A DNA stretch of 64,000 nt from Phycisphaerales bacterium (GTDB taxonomy: Bacteria; Planctomycetota; Phycisphaerae; Phycisphaerales; UBA1924), in the NCBI GenBank assembly GCA_019750095.1, contig JAIEOW010000045.1, positions 1-64,000 of the forward strand, given 5' to 3'. The translations under genes and the position numbers were made by a program. Of the stretch, positions 1 through 9,568 are shown piece by piece. The notes under the pieces were generated by a model. It had not been told where the DNA came from. It worked only from the letters and a program-made list of their open reading frames with translations, and searched no databases. Positions within the stretch are counted from its first letter, which is position 1, and each line of letters starts with the position of its first letter.

Positions 1-1
1 G

Positions 2-739
2 GGGCTGTTTCTATTGATCGTGGCGGTGCAGCCGGCGGAGAGCGCGTTCTTTGCGGTGCCGACGGAGCCGACGGGGAAGAACTTTGTGGATGCGTGGACG
101 AAGGGGGATCTGGCGGGGCCGCTGCTGAACAGCGTGGTGGTGACGCTGGTGCGGAGCGTGTTGAACGTGCTGCTGGCGGCGATGGCGGCGTATCCGCTGG
201 CGCGGATGAAGTTTCGCGGACGATCGACGCTGTTTGTGCTGATCCTGGCGACGATGATGATTCCGGATCAGGTGATCGTGGTGCCGATGTTCCGGACGAT
301 CGTGAGCATGGGGCTTGTGGATACGCTGGCGGCGGTGGTGATTCCGTTCAGCGTGAGTGCGCTTGGGATCTATCTGTGCAAGCAGGCGTTTGAGCGGATA
401 CCGATGAGTCTGGAAGAAGCGGCGCGGATCGACGGAGCGGGGAGCGCGGCGGTGTGGTGGCATGTGATGCTGCCACTGGCGGCGCCGACGCTGTCGACGC
501 TGGCGTTGTTCAGCATGATCGGGGCGTGGAGCGAGTTGCTGTGGCCGTTGATCGTGCTGCAGAGCGGGAGCAAGTACACGCTGCCCGTGGCGGTGAACCA
601 GTTGCTGGGTCAGTTTGCGGACAATCCGAGATTGCCGTATGCGGCGGCGGTGATGACGCTGGTGCCGATCGTGCTGGCGTTTATCGTGGCGCAGCGGTTT
701 TTGAAGCCACAGATGTTGGCGGGTGCGGTGAAGGGATGA
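2..739 (+). CDS. Carbohydrate ABC transporter permease (MalG/UgpE-like), 5'-partial; frame is open to the window start
   Basis: EAA-loop motif EEAARIDGAGSAAVWWHVMLPLA and multiple TM helices; the annotated ORF start is a TTG at 14 but the frame continues upstream. Confidence 0.85.
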   Translation, partial: GLFLLIVAVQPAESAFFAVPTEPTGKNFVDAWTKGDLAGPLLNSVVVTLVRSVLNVLLAAMAAYPLARMKFRGRSTLFVLILATMMIPDQVIVVPMFRTIVSMGLVDTLAAVVIPFSVSALGIYLCKQAFERIPMSLEEAARIDGAGSAAVWWHVMLPLAAPTLSTLALFSMIGAWSELLWPLIVLQSGSKYTLPVAVNQLLGQFADNPRLPYAAAVMTLVPIVLAFIVAQRFLKPQMLAGAVKG

Positions 740-779
740 TGGGAAAGTGACGGAGTGACGGAGTTTTGGGAGTGACGAA

Positions 780-2450
780 GTGCGCGAGATGACAGCGGAC
801 ATTCTGGTGGTTGGGGGTGGAACGGGCGGGGTGGCAGCGGCGCTGGCGGCGTGTCGGAATGGCGCGCGCGTGATCTTGAGTGAGACGACGGATTGGATCG
901 GGGGGCAATACACGGCGCAGGGGGTGCCGCCGGATGAGAATCAGTGGGTGGAGACGGTGGGGTGTTCGCGTTCGCAGCAGGCACTGCGCGAGGGTGTGCG
1001 GCGGTGGTATCGGGAGCATCGGCCGCTGAGCGATGAAGCGCGGGGGAATGTGCGATTGAATCCGGGCGGCGGATGGGTGAGCCGGTTGTGTGCCGAGCCG
1101 CGGGTGTGGCATGCGGTGATGATGGAGATGATCCGGCCGCATGTGGAGAGCGGGAAGTTGCGTGTGCTGCTGGAGCATGAGCCCGTAGCGGCGGAGATGG
1201 AAGGGGATCGGGTGCGATCGGTGACGCTACAGCCGTGCGTACGCGAGAATGGCAGCGCGCGTGGGAGCGCGATCACGGTGACGGCGAAGTTTGTGCTGGA
1301 CGCGACGGAATGGGGCGATGTGCTGGAGCTTGCAGGTGTTGAGCACGCGATCGGGGGCGAGCACCAGAACGTGTACGGCGAGTTGCACGCGCGGAGCGAC
1401 AAGACGCACCCGATGGATCAGCAGGCGTGCTCGTGGTGCTTCGCGATCGAGCATCGGCCGGGTGAGGATCATGTGATTTCGCGGCCGGGGCGGTATGAGT
1501 TCTGGAAGTCTTTTGTTCCGGAGATGCGTGATGGTTCATCGTGGACGGGGCCGCTGTTCTCGTGGACGGTGCCGAGCCATAACGCAGAGGGTCGGCGGAC
1601 GTTTCGGATGGTGCCTTGGCCGGATGAACCCGCAGCGGGTGAGTGGGAGATGTGGCGGTATCGGCGGATCGTGGATCGAGGGGCCTATCAGCGTGCGGAG
1701 GCGAAGCAGGTGTTGCCGCCAGATGTGGCGCTGATCAACATGGTGCAGATGGATTACTGGTTGCGGCCGCTGCTGGGAGTGAGCCGTGGCGAGCGGGACG
1801 CCGCTCTTGCGGAGGCGCAGGAGCTGTCACGCTCGCTGTTGTATTGGATGCAGACGGATGCGCCGCGGCATGATGGTGGGACGGGGTATCCGGGGCTGAA
1901 GCTGCGGGGTGAGGAGCTTGGCACGAATGATGGACTGGCCAAGCACGTGTATGTGCGAGAGCCGCGGCGGCTGATCGCTCGGACGATCATGACCGAGGCA
2001 CATGTCGGGACGGAGCAGCGGGAGCGCGATGGGAAGGCGACGCGTGCCATGAACTGGAGCGCGACGCCGTTCGGGACGGGTGAGCGGTTTGCCGACTCGG
2101 TGGGGATCGGGCACTACACGATCGATCTGCATCCGAGTTGTGCGGGGCGGAACAGCGTGTATGTGCCGTGTGCGCCGTTTCGGGTGCCGATGGGTGCGTT
2201 GATTCCCAAGCGTGTGCGGAACGTGCTGGCGAGCGGAAAGTGTCTTGGCGTGTCGCACGTGGTGAACGGGGCGACGCGGATGCACACGACCGAGTGGCAC
2301 ATCGGCGAGGCAGCGGGAACGCTCGCGGCGTGGTGCGCGGCGGAGGGGAAGGAGCCGCACTGGGTGCATGAGGACATCGCGCGCGTGCGGGTGGTTCAGG
2401 ATGTGCTGGCGCGGGATGGGGCGCCGATGAGTTGGCCTTGGGAGTCGTGA
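780..2450 (+). CDS. FAD-dependent oxidoreductase (FAD_oxidored family, often partnered with glycoside hydrolases)
   Basis: N-terminal Rossmann dinucleotide motif ILVVGGGTGGVAAALAACRNGARVIL; 556 aa. Confidence 0.8.
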   Translation: MREMTADILVVGGGTGGVAAALAACRNGARVILSETTDWIGGQYTAQGVPPDENQWVETVGCSRSQQALREGVRRWYREHRPLSDEARGNVRLNPGGGWVSRLCAEPRVWHAVMMEMIRPHVESGKLRVLLEHEPVAAEMEGDRVRSVTLQPCVRENGSARGSAITVTAKFVLDATEWGDVLELAGVEHAIGGEHQNVYGELHARSDKTHPMDQQACSWCFAIEHRPGEDHVISRPGRYEFWKSFVPEMRDGSSWTGPLFSWTVPSHNAEGRRTFRMVPWPDEPAAGEWEMWRYRRIVDRGAYQRAEAKQVLPPDVALINMVQMDYWLRPLLGVSRGERDAALAEAQELSRSLLYWMQTDAPRHDGGTGYPGLKLRGEELGTNDGLAKHVYVREPRRLIARTIMTEAHVGTEQRERDGKATRAMNWSATPFGTGERFADSVGIGHYTIDLHPSCAGRNSVYVPCAPFRVPMGALIPKRVRNVLASGKCLGVSHVVNGATRMHTTEWHIGEAAGTLAAWCAAEGKEPHWVHEDIARVRVVQDVLARDGAPMSWPWES

Positions 2451-2509
2451 GGCGCAAGGCGAGATCGTGTGCTTGGGGTGCCCGGGCTTGCGCCCGGGCC
2501 TCGGATTGG

Positions 2510-5500
2510 TCAGTCGGCGCGTTCGATGGCGAGGGTGACGATCTGGAAGGGTTTGATCTTGAGACGGGTGGTGTTGGTGCGTGCGTTGTGTTTGACGGGG
2601 ACGCCCTTCAGTGGGCGTTCGAGGAGGTCGACGGGTTCGGCGGACTTAACCGGAAAGCCCCAGGCGATCTCGGCGTTGTTGGTCATGCCGTCGTGGTCAA
2701 CGATGCGGACGATGAGGCGCTTGCCGTCGCGGGCGCGGGTGATGGCTTCGATGCGGCCGACGGACCATGAGCCGTGGCTGATGCGGAGGGGAGACCAGGA
2801 GCGTTGGCCGAGGGGTGCGGCGGGGGAGCGGGGGCGAGTCGATGGGAACGGGGAGACGAGAAGCGGTCGACGCTGCTGCTCGCCGGTCGCCACGGCGGCG
2901 GCGGGAGGAATGGGGCCGAAGGCATAGTCGATGGTCTGGAGTCCGATGTCGGCGGTGGAGTCTGGGTACCTGGGCGAGCGGAGGAGTGAGAGGCCGATGG
3001 TGTTCTGATGGCAGGACCATCCGAAACGATCGGGGGCGAGGAGAGCGAAATCCGCGTCCTGGCTGTGCAACGCGGCGAACTCGTGAGCGGGGACTTCGAA
3101 CATCGCGGCTTGATTTTGGGTGTTGCGATGGGTGGCGCGTTGGATGTGGCCGAACTGTGTGCCGAAGGTGCAGGTGGGGGCGTGGATGGAGGTTGGGAAG
3201 AGGACGCGGAGGAAGCGGTGCTCTTCTTGCCAGTCGATCTCAGTGTGAACGGTGACGATCTCGCTCTCGACGCCGAGGGAGAAGGTCTGGCGGATGTGGG
3301 AGCGTTTGCCCAAGGGGCGTGAGAAGCGGACGCTGGCGCGGAGGCGGCCGCGTTCGAGCCACTCGATCTCGGCGTCATCATCGATGAGCGTGGGTTTGTG
3401 GGCGTACTCGGCGTCGATATCCCAGGCGTCCCAGAGTCGAGGGCGATCCTCGAAGAGGGCGAGTTGGTTCATGGGCAGGCCTGGCGTGCAGGCGTCGAAC
3501 ATGGGCGAGCCGTCGGGGCTGCGGCGTTCGAGTGAGATGATGCGACCAGAAGAGTCGAAGGCGCAGCGCAGGAACTCGTTGGAAAACTCGAGATCGGCGC
3601 TGGAGATGCCCTTGGACCCGGTGGGAAGCGCGTCGGAGCGACGATCAGCGACCGCGATGGTGAGCGGCGGCACCGGCGCATCGCCCAAGGTGATGGCGGA
3701 GTGGTCGGCGTCGAGGTGAGCTGGCGGAGCGATCGGCGCGGGTGTGCTGGACCAGTTCATCGCCAGAAGCGGCCCGGGAATGCCGGTCGTATCGAGCACG
3801 CGGCGCCAGAGATTCATGCCCTGAGCAATTAGTGTCTCGGCGATCTGGATCGCTTCGTCGAGCTGCTTGCGTGCGTCGTCGTAGACCCAGGTGATGCTGG
3901 AGCCGGGGAGGATGTCGTGGAACTGATTGAGCAGGACGAGCTTCCAGGCGCGATCGAGCAGATCGGCGGCGGTGCGCTCAACAGCGAGCGGGAGGCGTGA
4001 TGGTCCGGCGAAGGTGAGAATCTCGGCTTGGCGCAGGAGTTCTTCGGCGCGTCGGTGTTGCTGCTTGAAACGAGCGTGGGTGGTGTAGGTGCCGCGGTGG
4101 AGTTCGAGGTAGAGCTCGCCATCGTGGGTGGGGACGGCGTGTGGGTCGATTTTGTGCGCCCGGCTCACGTCGCGATGGAGAGCCTCGCAGAACTCGGACG
4201 CAGAGGAGAAGCGGACGCGGGGGAGACCGTCGCAGTTCTCGGCGAGGTGGGCGAACTCGATGGACCAATCGGTGGGGCCGCCGCCGCCATCGCCGAAGCC
4301 AAAGGGCTGGAGCCACCGGGCACCGGCGGTGTCTGGCGAGTCGCTTGGCGCGGGTGTGCTGGGGAGGTCCTTGTTTTTGTGGGTCTTCTCGCCGCGGATG
4401 AGCTCGCGCGGGGTGTTGGTGGCGTTGTAGTCCATGCCCGGGGTCTGGTGGGCGAGGATCTGCGTGCCGTCGAGGCCGCGCCACTGGAAGGTGGTGTGCG
4501 GGAAGGCGGTGTGGCTGTTCCAGTGGAGCTTGTTGGTGATGAAGGTGTCGAGCCCGGCGAGGGCCATGATCTGCGGGAGTTGGGCGGGGAAGCCGAAGGT
4601 GTCGGGGAGATAGAGGAAGCGTTGGGCGGCGCGATCGCCGAAGTGCTTTCGCCAGTATGCGTCGGCATGGGTGATCTGGCGAATGAGGGATTCGCCGCTG
4701 GGTGCGGTGCAATCGGGTTCGATCCACATTGCGCCGCCCGGTTCCCAGCGACCCTGCATGACGCGGCGCTTGATCTGGGCGAAGAGCTCGGGGGCATCTT
4801 CTTCGACGAAGGCGTACTGCTGGGCCTGTGAGCAGAGGAAGCGGAACTCCGGATACTTCTCCATGTTGCGGAGAACGGTGGAGAACGTGCGGAGGCATTT
4901 GCGGCGGGTCTCGCGGAGGGGCCAGAGCCAGGCCGTGTCGATGTGGGCATGGCCGACGGCGTGGCAGATGGTGGCGCTGCCACCCGCGCCGCCGACGGGC
5001 GGGGAGAGTGCTTCGTCGAGTTGCTTTGCGCCCCATGCGGCGTGCGCTTGGACGTCATCATCGGGGATGGCGTCGGTGACGCGGCGGAGCACGCCGAGAA
5101 GCTGCTGCCCGCGGGAAGAGTCGGGGGCGCATTGCTTGGCGAGATCGAGGGCGAAGGCGTAACGCTGCTTGAGCCGCCAGACATCGTTGTGGCGGATGGC
5201 GATCTCGGCGCGTTCGAAAAGGCCCGGGGTTGCAGAGTTCCAGCGGCGGTGGATTTCGGGCGGGTCCCACTGGAGGCCGCGGTCGCCGAACATGTGGTTG
5301 CAGGCGGCTTCGATGTAGAGGTCGACGCGTTCATCGCCGCGGGACTTGGGGAAGAGGGTGACGGCGTCGCGGTTGACATCGAGGCCGTGGTGCGGAACGA
5401 GGCGTGTTTTGGAACGACCTGCGGGGAGCCAGAGAAGGGCTTCGGTGTCGGTGGAAAATCGCAGAGCGATCTCATGACCCTTCATGGACGCGGGGACGGT

Positions 5501-5728
5501 GCCTCGGAGTTTGAACCACGCGGTGGACCAACGCGGGCCCCAGGCGTGGCCAAGTTTGATGGGTGAGTAGCGGGCGCGGAGTGCGTGCTGGTGCGGGACG
5601 GGGTCAATGGATTGGAAGATGGCCGCGTCGAGCGGGTGGGGATCGGAGTAGATGGCGGGGTCGATGACGTCGCGGAGGAAGACGACGAAGCGTTCGAGCG
5701 TGAACGACCAGTGCTTGGCGGGATCCAT
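2510..5728 (-). CDS. Glycoside hydrolase family 38 alpha-mannosidase
   Basis: GH38 catalytic region AVGHAHIDTAWLWP; about 1070 aa; start set at the internal Met (MDPAKHWSF) because the longer ORF runs into the rpsA terminator region. Confidence 0.8.
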   Translation of the reverse strand: MDPAKHWSFTLERFVVFLRDVIDPAIYSDPHPLDAAIFQSIDPVPHQHALRARYSPIKLGHAWGPRWSTAWFKLRGTVPASMKGHEIALRFSTDTEALLWLPAGRSKTRLVPHHGLDVNRDAVTLFPKSRGDERVDLYIEAACNHMFGDRGLQWDPPEIHRRWNSATPGLFERAEIAIRHNDVWRLKQRYAFALDLAKQCAPDSSRGQQLLGVLRRVTDAIPDDDVQAHAAWGAKQLDEALSPPVGGAGGSATICHAVGHAHIDTAWLWPLRETRRKCLRTFSTVLRNMEKYPEFRFLCSQAQQYAFVEEDAPELFAQIKRRVMQGRWEPGGAMWIEPDCTAPSGESLIRQITHADAYWRKHFGDRAAQRFLYLPDTFGFPAQLPQIMALAGLDTFITNKLHWNSHTAFPHTTFQWRGLDGTQILAHQTPGMDYNATNTPRELIRGEKTHKNKDLPSTPAPSDSPDTAGARWLQPFGFGDGGGGPTDWSIEFAHLAENCDGLPRVRFSSASEFCEALHRDVSRAHKIDPHAVPTHDGELYLELHRGTYTTHARFKQQHRRAEELLRQAEILTFAGPSRLPLAVERTAADLLDRAWKLVLLNQFHDILPGSSITWVYDDARKQLDEAIQIAETLIAQGMNLWRRVLDTTGIPGPLLAMNWSSTPAPIAPPAHLDADHSAITLGDAPVPPLTIAVADRRSDALPTGSKGISSADLEFSNEFLRCAFDSSGRIISLERRSPDGSPMFDACTPGLPMNQLALFEDRPRLWDAWDIDAEYAHKPTLIDDDAEIEWLERGRLRASVRFSRPLGKRSHIRQTFSLGVESEIVTVHTEIDWQEEHRFLRVLFPTSIHAPTCTFGTQFGHIQRATHRNTQNQAAMFEVPAHEFAALHSQDADFALLAPDRFGWSCHQNTIGLSLLRSPRYPDSTADIGLQTIDYAFGPIPPAAAVATGEQQRRPLLVSPFPSTRPRSPAAPLGQRSWSPLRISHGSWSVGRIEAITRARDGKRLIVRIVDHDGMTNNAEIAWGFPVKSAEPVDLLERPLKGVPVKHNARTNTTRLKIKPFQIVTLAIERAD

Positions 5729-5766
5729 GGGGAGGGATCGTAATCGATTTGCCTGGGTGGGGGAAT

Positions 5767-5792
5767 GAAAAACGCCCCGGTGAGGGGCGTTT
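5767..5792 (-). terminator. Intrinsic terminator downstream of rpsA
   Basis: Minus-strand hairpin ACGCCCC-tcacc-GGGGCGT followed by TTTTT, just after the rpsA stop. Confidence 0.55.
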
Positions 5793-5806
5793 GGGGGTTC
5801 AGCAAA

Positions 5807-5834
5807 GGCACACAGGCGGGACGCCTGTGCCACC
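5807..5834. repeat. REP-like palindromic element GGCACACAGGCG-GGAC-GCCTGTGCCACC (copy 1)
   Basis: Perfect 8-bp stem; a near-identical reverse-complement copy is at 35539-35564. Confidence 0.6.
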
Positions 5835-5851
5835 AAAGGCGGGTAATGGGG

Positions 5852-7294
5852 TTAGAAGCCGCCCTTGAGGGTCTTGCCCTTGTCGCGTGCGGCGGCCTGG
5901 GCGCGGAGGCGGCGGAGGGCCGGGGTTTCCTTCGTGATCTCTTCGACGCTGCGCTTGGGGGTGCGGTCGTCGCCCTTTTTGCCTGGACGCTCGGGAGCGG
6001 CGACCATCGCCTTGATGCTCAGCGAGATGCGACGGGTGGTTGGGTCGATCTTGAGGACCTTGGCCTGGACGACCTGGTCGACCTTGAGCTCGTCTTGCGG
6101 GTGGTTGACGCGGCGGTGGGCGATCTCGGAGACGTGGACCAGCCCCTCGACGCCGGCGGCGACTTCGACGAATGCGCCGAACTCAGCGAGGCGGGTGACG
6201 CGGCCGTTGACCTCGGCACCTTCTTTGATGTCACCGGCGGCGGTGGTGAAGGGGTCGGCGGCGAGCTGCTTGAGGCCGAGGGAGATGCGGCTCTTGCGCA
6301 TGTCTTCCTCGTTCCACTCGATCTTGAGGACCTTGACCTTGACGGCCTGGCCTTCCTTGATGTGCTTGGCGATGGCCTGCTCGCCCATGCCGATGCGGTC
6401 GTAGGAGAGGTCAGAGACGTGGACGAGGCCGTCGACGCCGCCGATGTCGATGAAGGCACCGAAGGGCATGATCTTGCGGACGGTGCCATCGAGGACGTCG
6501 CCCTCTTTGAGCGAGGTCTTCAAACTGGTGGCACGCTGCTTGCGCTCTTCGGCGAGGATGTCGCGGCGAGAGAGGACGATGTTGCCCCGGCCGCGCTTGT
6601 CGAGCTGGCTGACCTGGCAGGTGAGCTTCTCGCCGATCATGACGGAGAGGTCTGGGATGCGGTCGAGGGAGACCTGGCTTGCGGGCATGAAGGCGCGGTG
6701 GCCGGCGACTTCGATCTCGAGGCCGCCTTTGTTCACGCCGACGACTTTGCCTTCGACCGTCTGACCGACTTCGAGGTTTTCCCACGCGGCCTTGATGACC
6801 GCACCGGGGCGGGAGCAGATGAAGATGTTCTCGCCGGCTTCGAAGCGGTCGATGGCGACTTCGAGCTGGGAGCCGACGGCGGGGAGCTCTTCGCCCTCTT
6901 TGTACTGGAGGCGGGGCATGACGCCGAGTTCTTTGGGGCCGAACTCGAGGAAGATGTCGGTGGGCCCGATGCTGACGATGATGCCGGTGCGGTGCTCGCG
7001 GCCGCCGGAGACGACGCGGGGGCCTTTGAGGGCGGCCTTGGCCGGGCCGCCGATGGGGGCGATGTCATGGCCTGGGAGCGTGATGGGGCGGGCGCCCTTG
7101 TCCTTCTTGCCGGCGGGCCCCCCACTGCCGCCGCCACCCTTGTTGGCGCCGGACTCGCGGTCCATGGCGGCCATCATCTCGTCGATCTCCTTGTTGAGCT
7201 CAGCGTCGAGCGCGGGCTTTTCCGTCGGCGGCGTTTGGCCGGCGGCAAGGGTCTCGGGGTTTGAAAGGGCGGGGTTCGAGGTGGTGGGGTCCAT
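5852..7294 (-). CDS. rpsA: 30S ribosomal protein S1
   Basis: Tandem S1 RNA-binding domains (GQTVEGKVVGV, GDVLDGTVRKIMPFGAFIDIGGVDGLVHVSD, GAEVNGRVTRLAEFGAFVEV); start at the internal MDPTTSNP, since the ORF track over-extends upstream. Confidence 0.8.
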   Translation of the reverse strand: MDPTTSNPALSNPETLAAGQTPPTEKPALDAELNKEIDEMMAAMDRESGANKGGGGSGGPAGKKDKGARPITLPGHDIAPIGGPAKAALKGPRVVSGGREHRTGIIVSIGPTDIFLEFGPKELGVMPRLQYKEGEELPAVGSQLEVAIDRFEAGENIFICSRPGAVIKAAWENLEVGQTVEGKVVGVNKGGLEIEVAGHRAFMPASQVSLDRIPDLSVMIGEKLTCQVSQLDKRGRGNIVLSRRDILAEERKQRATSLKTSLKEGDVLDGTVRKIMPFGAFIDIGGVDGLVHVSDLSYDRIGMGEQAIAKHIKEGQAVKVKVLKIEWNEEDMRKSRISLGLKQLAADPFTTAAGDIKEGAEVNGRVTRLAEFGAFVEVAAGVEGLVHVSEIAHRRVNHPQDELKVDQVVQAKVLKIDPTTRRISLSIKAMVAAPERPGKKGDDRTPKRSVEEITKETPALRRLRAQAAARDKGKTLKGGF

Positions 7295-7487
7295 GATGGT
7301 GCGTCGGCGGGGAAGGGCTCGTGTTCGAGTGGTCCGCGCGGCTCCTGAAACGATTGACCGAAGCCCGCGCGAGCGCACCATGCGCCCAGTTCGCGGGCCG
7401 AAGTCGGGGGGACAAGTGTAGTCCACACGCCGGGGTGATGCCCTTGTGCGCACAGATATCCATCCCGGGGATTCTGTCGCAATAGGC

Positions 7488-9293
7488 TCAGCTTCGCGGA
7501 GAGGCTTGTGGCTCGGGCTTGGCTTCGGTGGCAGGTTCGCGCCGAGAGGGAGTTCCCGGACCATCCTGCGAGACCATGTGTTCGAGCATGGTGCCGATGA
7601 GAGCGGTGGTTTCGGCTCCTGAAGCACCTTTGCCACCCGTCACCATGACGCGGGGGGTGATCTGGATGTTGCGCTCGCCGACGATCTTGAGGATCTCGAT
7701 CATGGCGGCGTTGGCCGAGCCGATTTGGGCGGCGATGGACTTGTAGGCCTCGCTCTGGGCGGTGGCCTTGATCTTGATCGACTCGGCCTCGGCACCGGCG
7801 GCGATGACCTGCTTGCGCTTGTCTTCTTCAGCGATCTTGACGGCGTAGGCGGCGGTGGCGAGGCGCTTCTCTTCTTCGGCCTCCTGCTGGACGCGGTTGA
7901 GCTCTTTTTCCTGCTCAGCGGCGCGCTGCTGTTCCTGGAAGGTGACCTGCTTCTGCTTGGCGATTTCGCGGTCGGTCTGGGTCTTCAGAAGATCGCCGAG
8001 CGAGAGCTGGTCGCCCACGGCGCCGATGCGGACGGCGGTGACGGTGATGCCGAAGCGGGCGAGTTGCTCTTTGAGCGTGGTGAGCGACTGCTGCTCCTGG
8101 GCGGAACGCTGCTGGACGTAGTCGAGGGCGCGGACCTTTTCGGCGTTGTTGCGGAAGATGGCGCGGACGGCGGAGTTCATGGCGTTGCGGAAGCGCTCGC
8201 CCTCGTCGTCGCCGAGTTTGGCGACAACGATCGGGGCGTCTTTGGGTTCGACGACGTACTCAACGCGGACGTCGACGGGGAAGGTGAAACCGTCGCTGGT
8301 GCGAACGGTGATCTCGCGCTCTTCGACGGCGGCATCGTGGCGCGGCGTCTTGGAGGTGGACTGCTGATCCTGGTTCTCGGGCTTGGAGCGTTTCTGGCTG
8401 GCGGCCTGGGGCTGGGGGATGTTGGACATTGAGGCGAACGATCCGGCGGCGGCGGCCGCAGAAGTGCCCTGGGCCGAGGTGTAGTGGGCGATCATCTGGG
8501 TGGTCCAGATTTCGGTGACGGTGTAGGCGTCGGTGTTGAGCGGGTATTTGCCCGGGGGAAGCGGATCAGAGAGGACGCCCATCTCGCCGAGGCGGGCGAG
8601 CTTCAGAGCTTCTTCCTCGCTCTTGGGCTTGTCTCCAGCGCCGGCGGCGACGTGGCCGACGATCTGGGTGGGGGCAGAGCCGAAGTTGGCCTTGAGGACG
8701 GCGACTTCACCGGCGAGGACTTCCGTCTGTTCAACCATGCGGACGCGGAAGAGATCGGTGTTGATCGGATATTTGCCGGGCGTGAGGACGGAGACCTGCT
8801 TGCCCTTGGCGCCGTTGCCGGTTGAGAGGAAGTACTGGGCGTCGAGCATCTGCTGGAACTGCTCGCGCGGCCATTCGGGGGCGAAGAGCTGGCCCTTGGC
8901 CATCGGCACGCCGTCGGTGGTTTCGACGAGCCCGACCTGGCCGGATTGGATCTCGATGAAGGGGACGGTCTTCACGTCATAGATGACGGGCCAATACCAG
9001 AAGTGCCAGCCGGAGCGGAGCACGGCGGCCTGGGTGCCCATCTCGCCATTGGTGGCGATGATGCGGCCGTCTTTGAGCCGGGCGCCGAAGGCGTTTTTGA
9101 CGACGATGCCGACCTCACCCGCGCCGATGTAGCGGATGGAAGCGAGGGCGAAGAAGATGAAGAGCGTGGCGACGGCGGCGAGGGCGCAGAGGGCCTTGAG
9201 GATCGGCCCGGGGGCCTTGACCGCGAGCGCGAGAATGCCCAGGGCGAGGAGAATTCCGACGATCAAGAGCAGCAGCGACAGCATCCCAAACTC
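7488..9293 (-). CDS. SPFH/band-7 (flotillin-like) membrane protein
   Basis: N-terminal TM segment, an SPFH domain, and a C-terminal E/A/K-rich coiled coil with flotillin-type repeats; start taken at MLSLLLLIVG. Confidence 0.7.
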   Translation of the reverse strand, partial: EFGMLSLLLLIVGILLALGILALAVKAPGPILKALCALAAVATLFIFFALASIRYIGAGEVGIVVKNAFGARLKDGRIIATNGEMGTQAAVLRSGWHFWYWPVIYDVKTVPFIEIQSGQVGLVETTDGVPMAKGQLFAPEWPREQFQQMLDAQYFLSTGNGAKGKQVSVLTPGKYPINTDLFRVRMVEQTEVLAGEVAVLKANFGSAPTQIVGHVAAGAGDKPKSEEEALKLARLGEMGVLSDPLPPGKYPLNTDAYTVTEIWTTQMIAHYTSAQGTSAAAAAGSFASMSNIPQPQAASQKRSKPENQDQQSTSKTPRHDAAVEEREITVRTSDGFTFPVDVRVEYVVEPKDAPIVVAKLGDDEGERFRNAMNSAVRAIFRNNAEKVRALDYVQQRSAQEQQSLTTLKEQLARFGITVTAVRIGAVGDQLSLGDLLKTQTDREIAKQKQVTFQEQQRAAEQEKELNRVQQEAEEEKRLATAAYAVKIAEEDKRKQVIAAGAEAESIKIKATAQSEAYKSIAAQIGSANAAMIEILKIVGERNIQITPRVMVTGGKGASGAETTALIGTMLEHMVSQDGPGTPSRREPATEAKPEPQASPRS

Positions 9294-9568
9294 CCTTCGG
9301 GAAGCTCGGTGCGCACCGATTGCCGATGAGCCGTCTTCCCAGCGACTTGTTGGGGTTTTCATCGGCGTTCTTGCATGTTCGGCTGGATTATCGCCCCTGA
9401 GGAAGGCGGGGTGTGGGAAGAGCGGAGAGGATGCGCGGAGTGCGCGGGCGGCGGGGCGCGAAAAGGGCCAGCGGAGGGCGCTGCGGACCTTCCGGGTGCG
9501 GTTCCGCGTGTCATGGTGATCCGCGTCGTCTCGATCCACACCCAAGACCCGCATGGGCTGGTACCTTC

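Noticed and set aside
3978-5475. Several ORFs of 350-436 aa nested in and antisense to the GH38 gene
   Set aside because: They are shadow ORFs of a gene with a clear GH38 signature.
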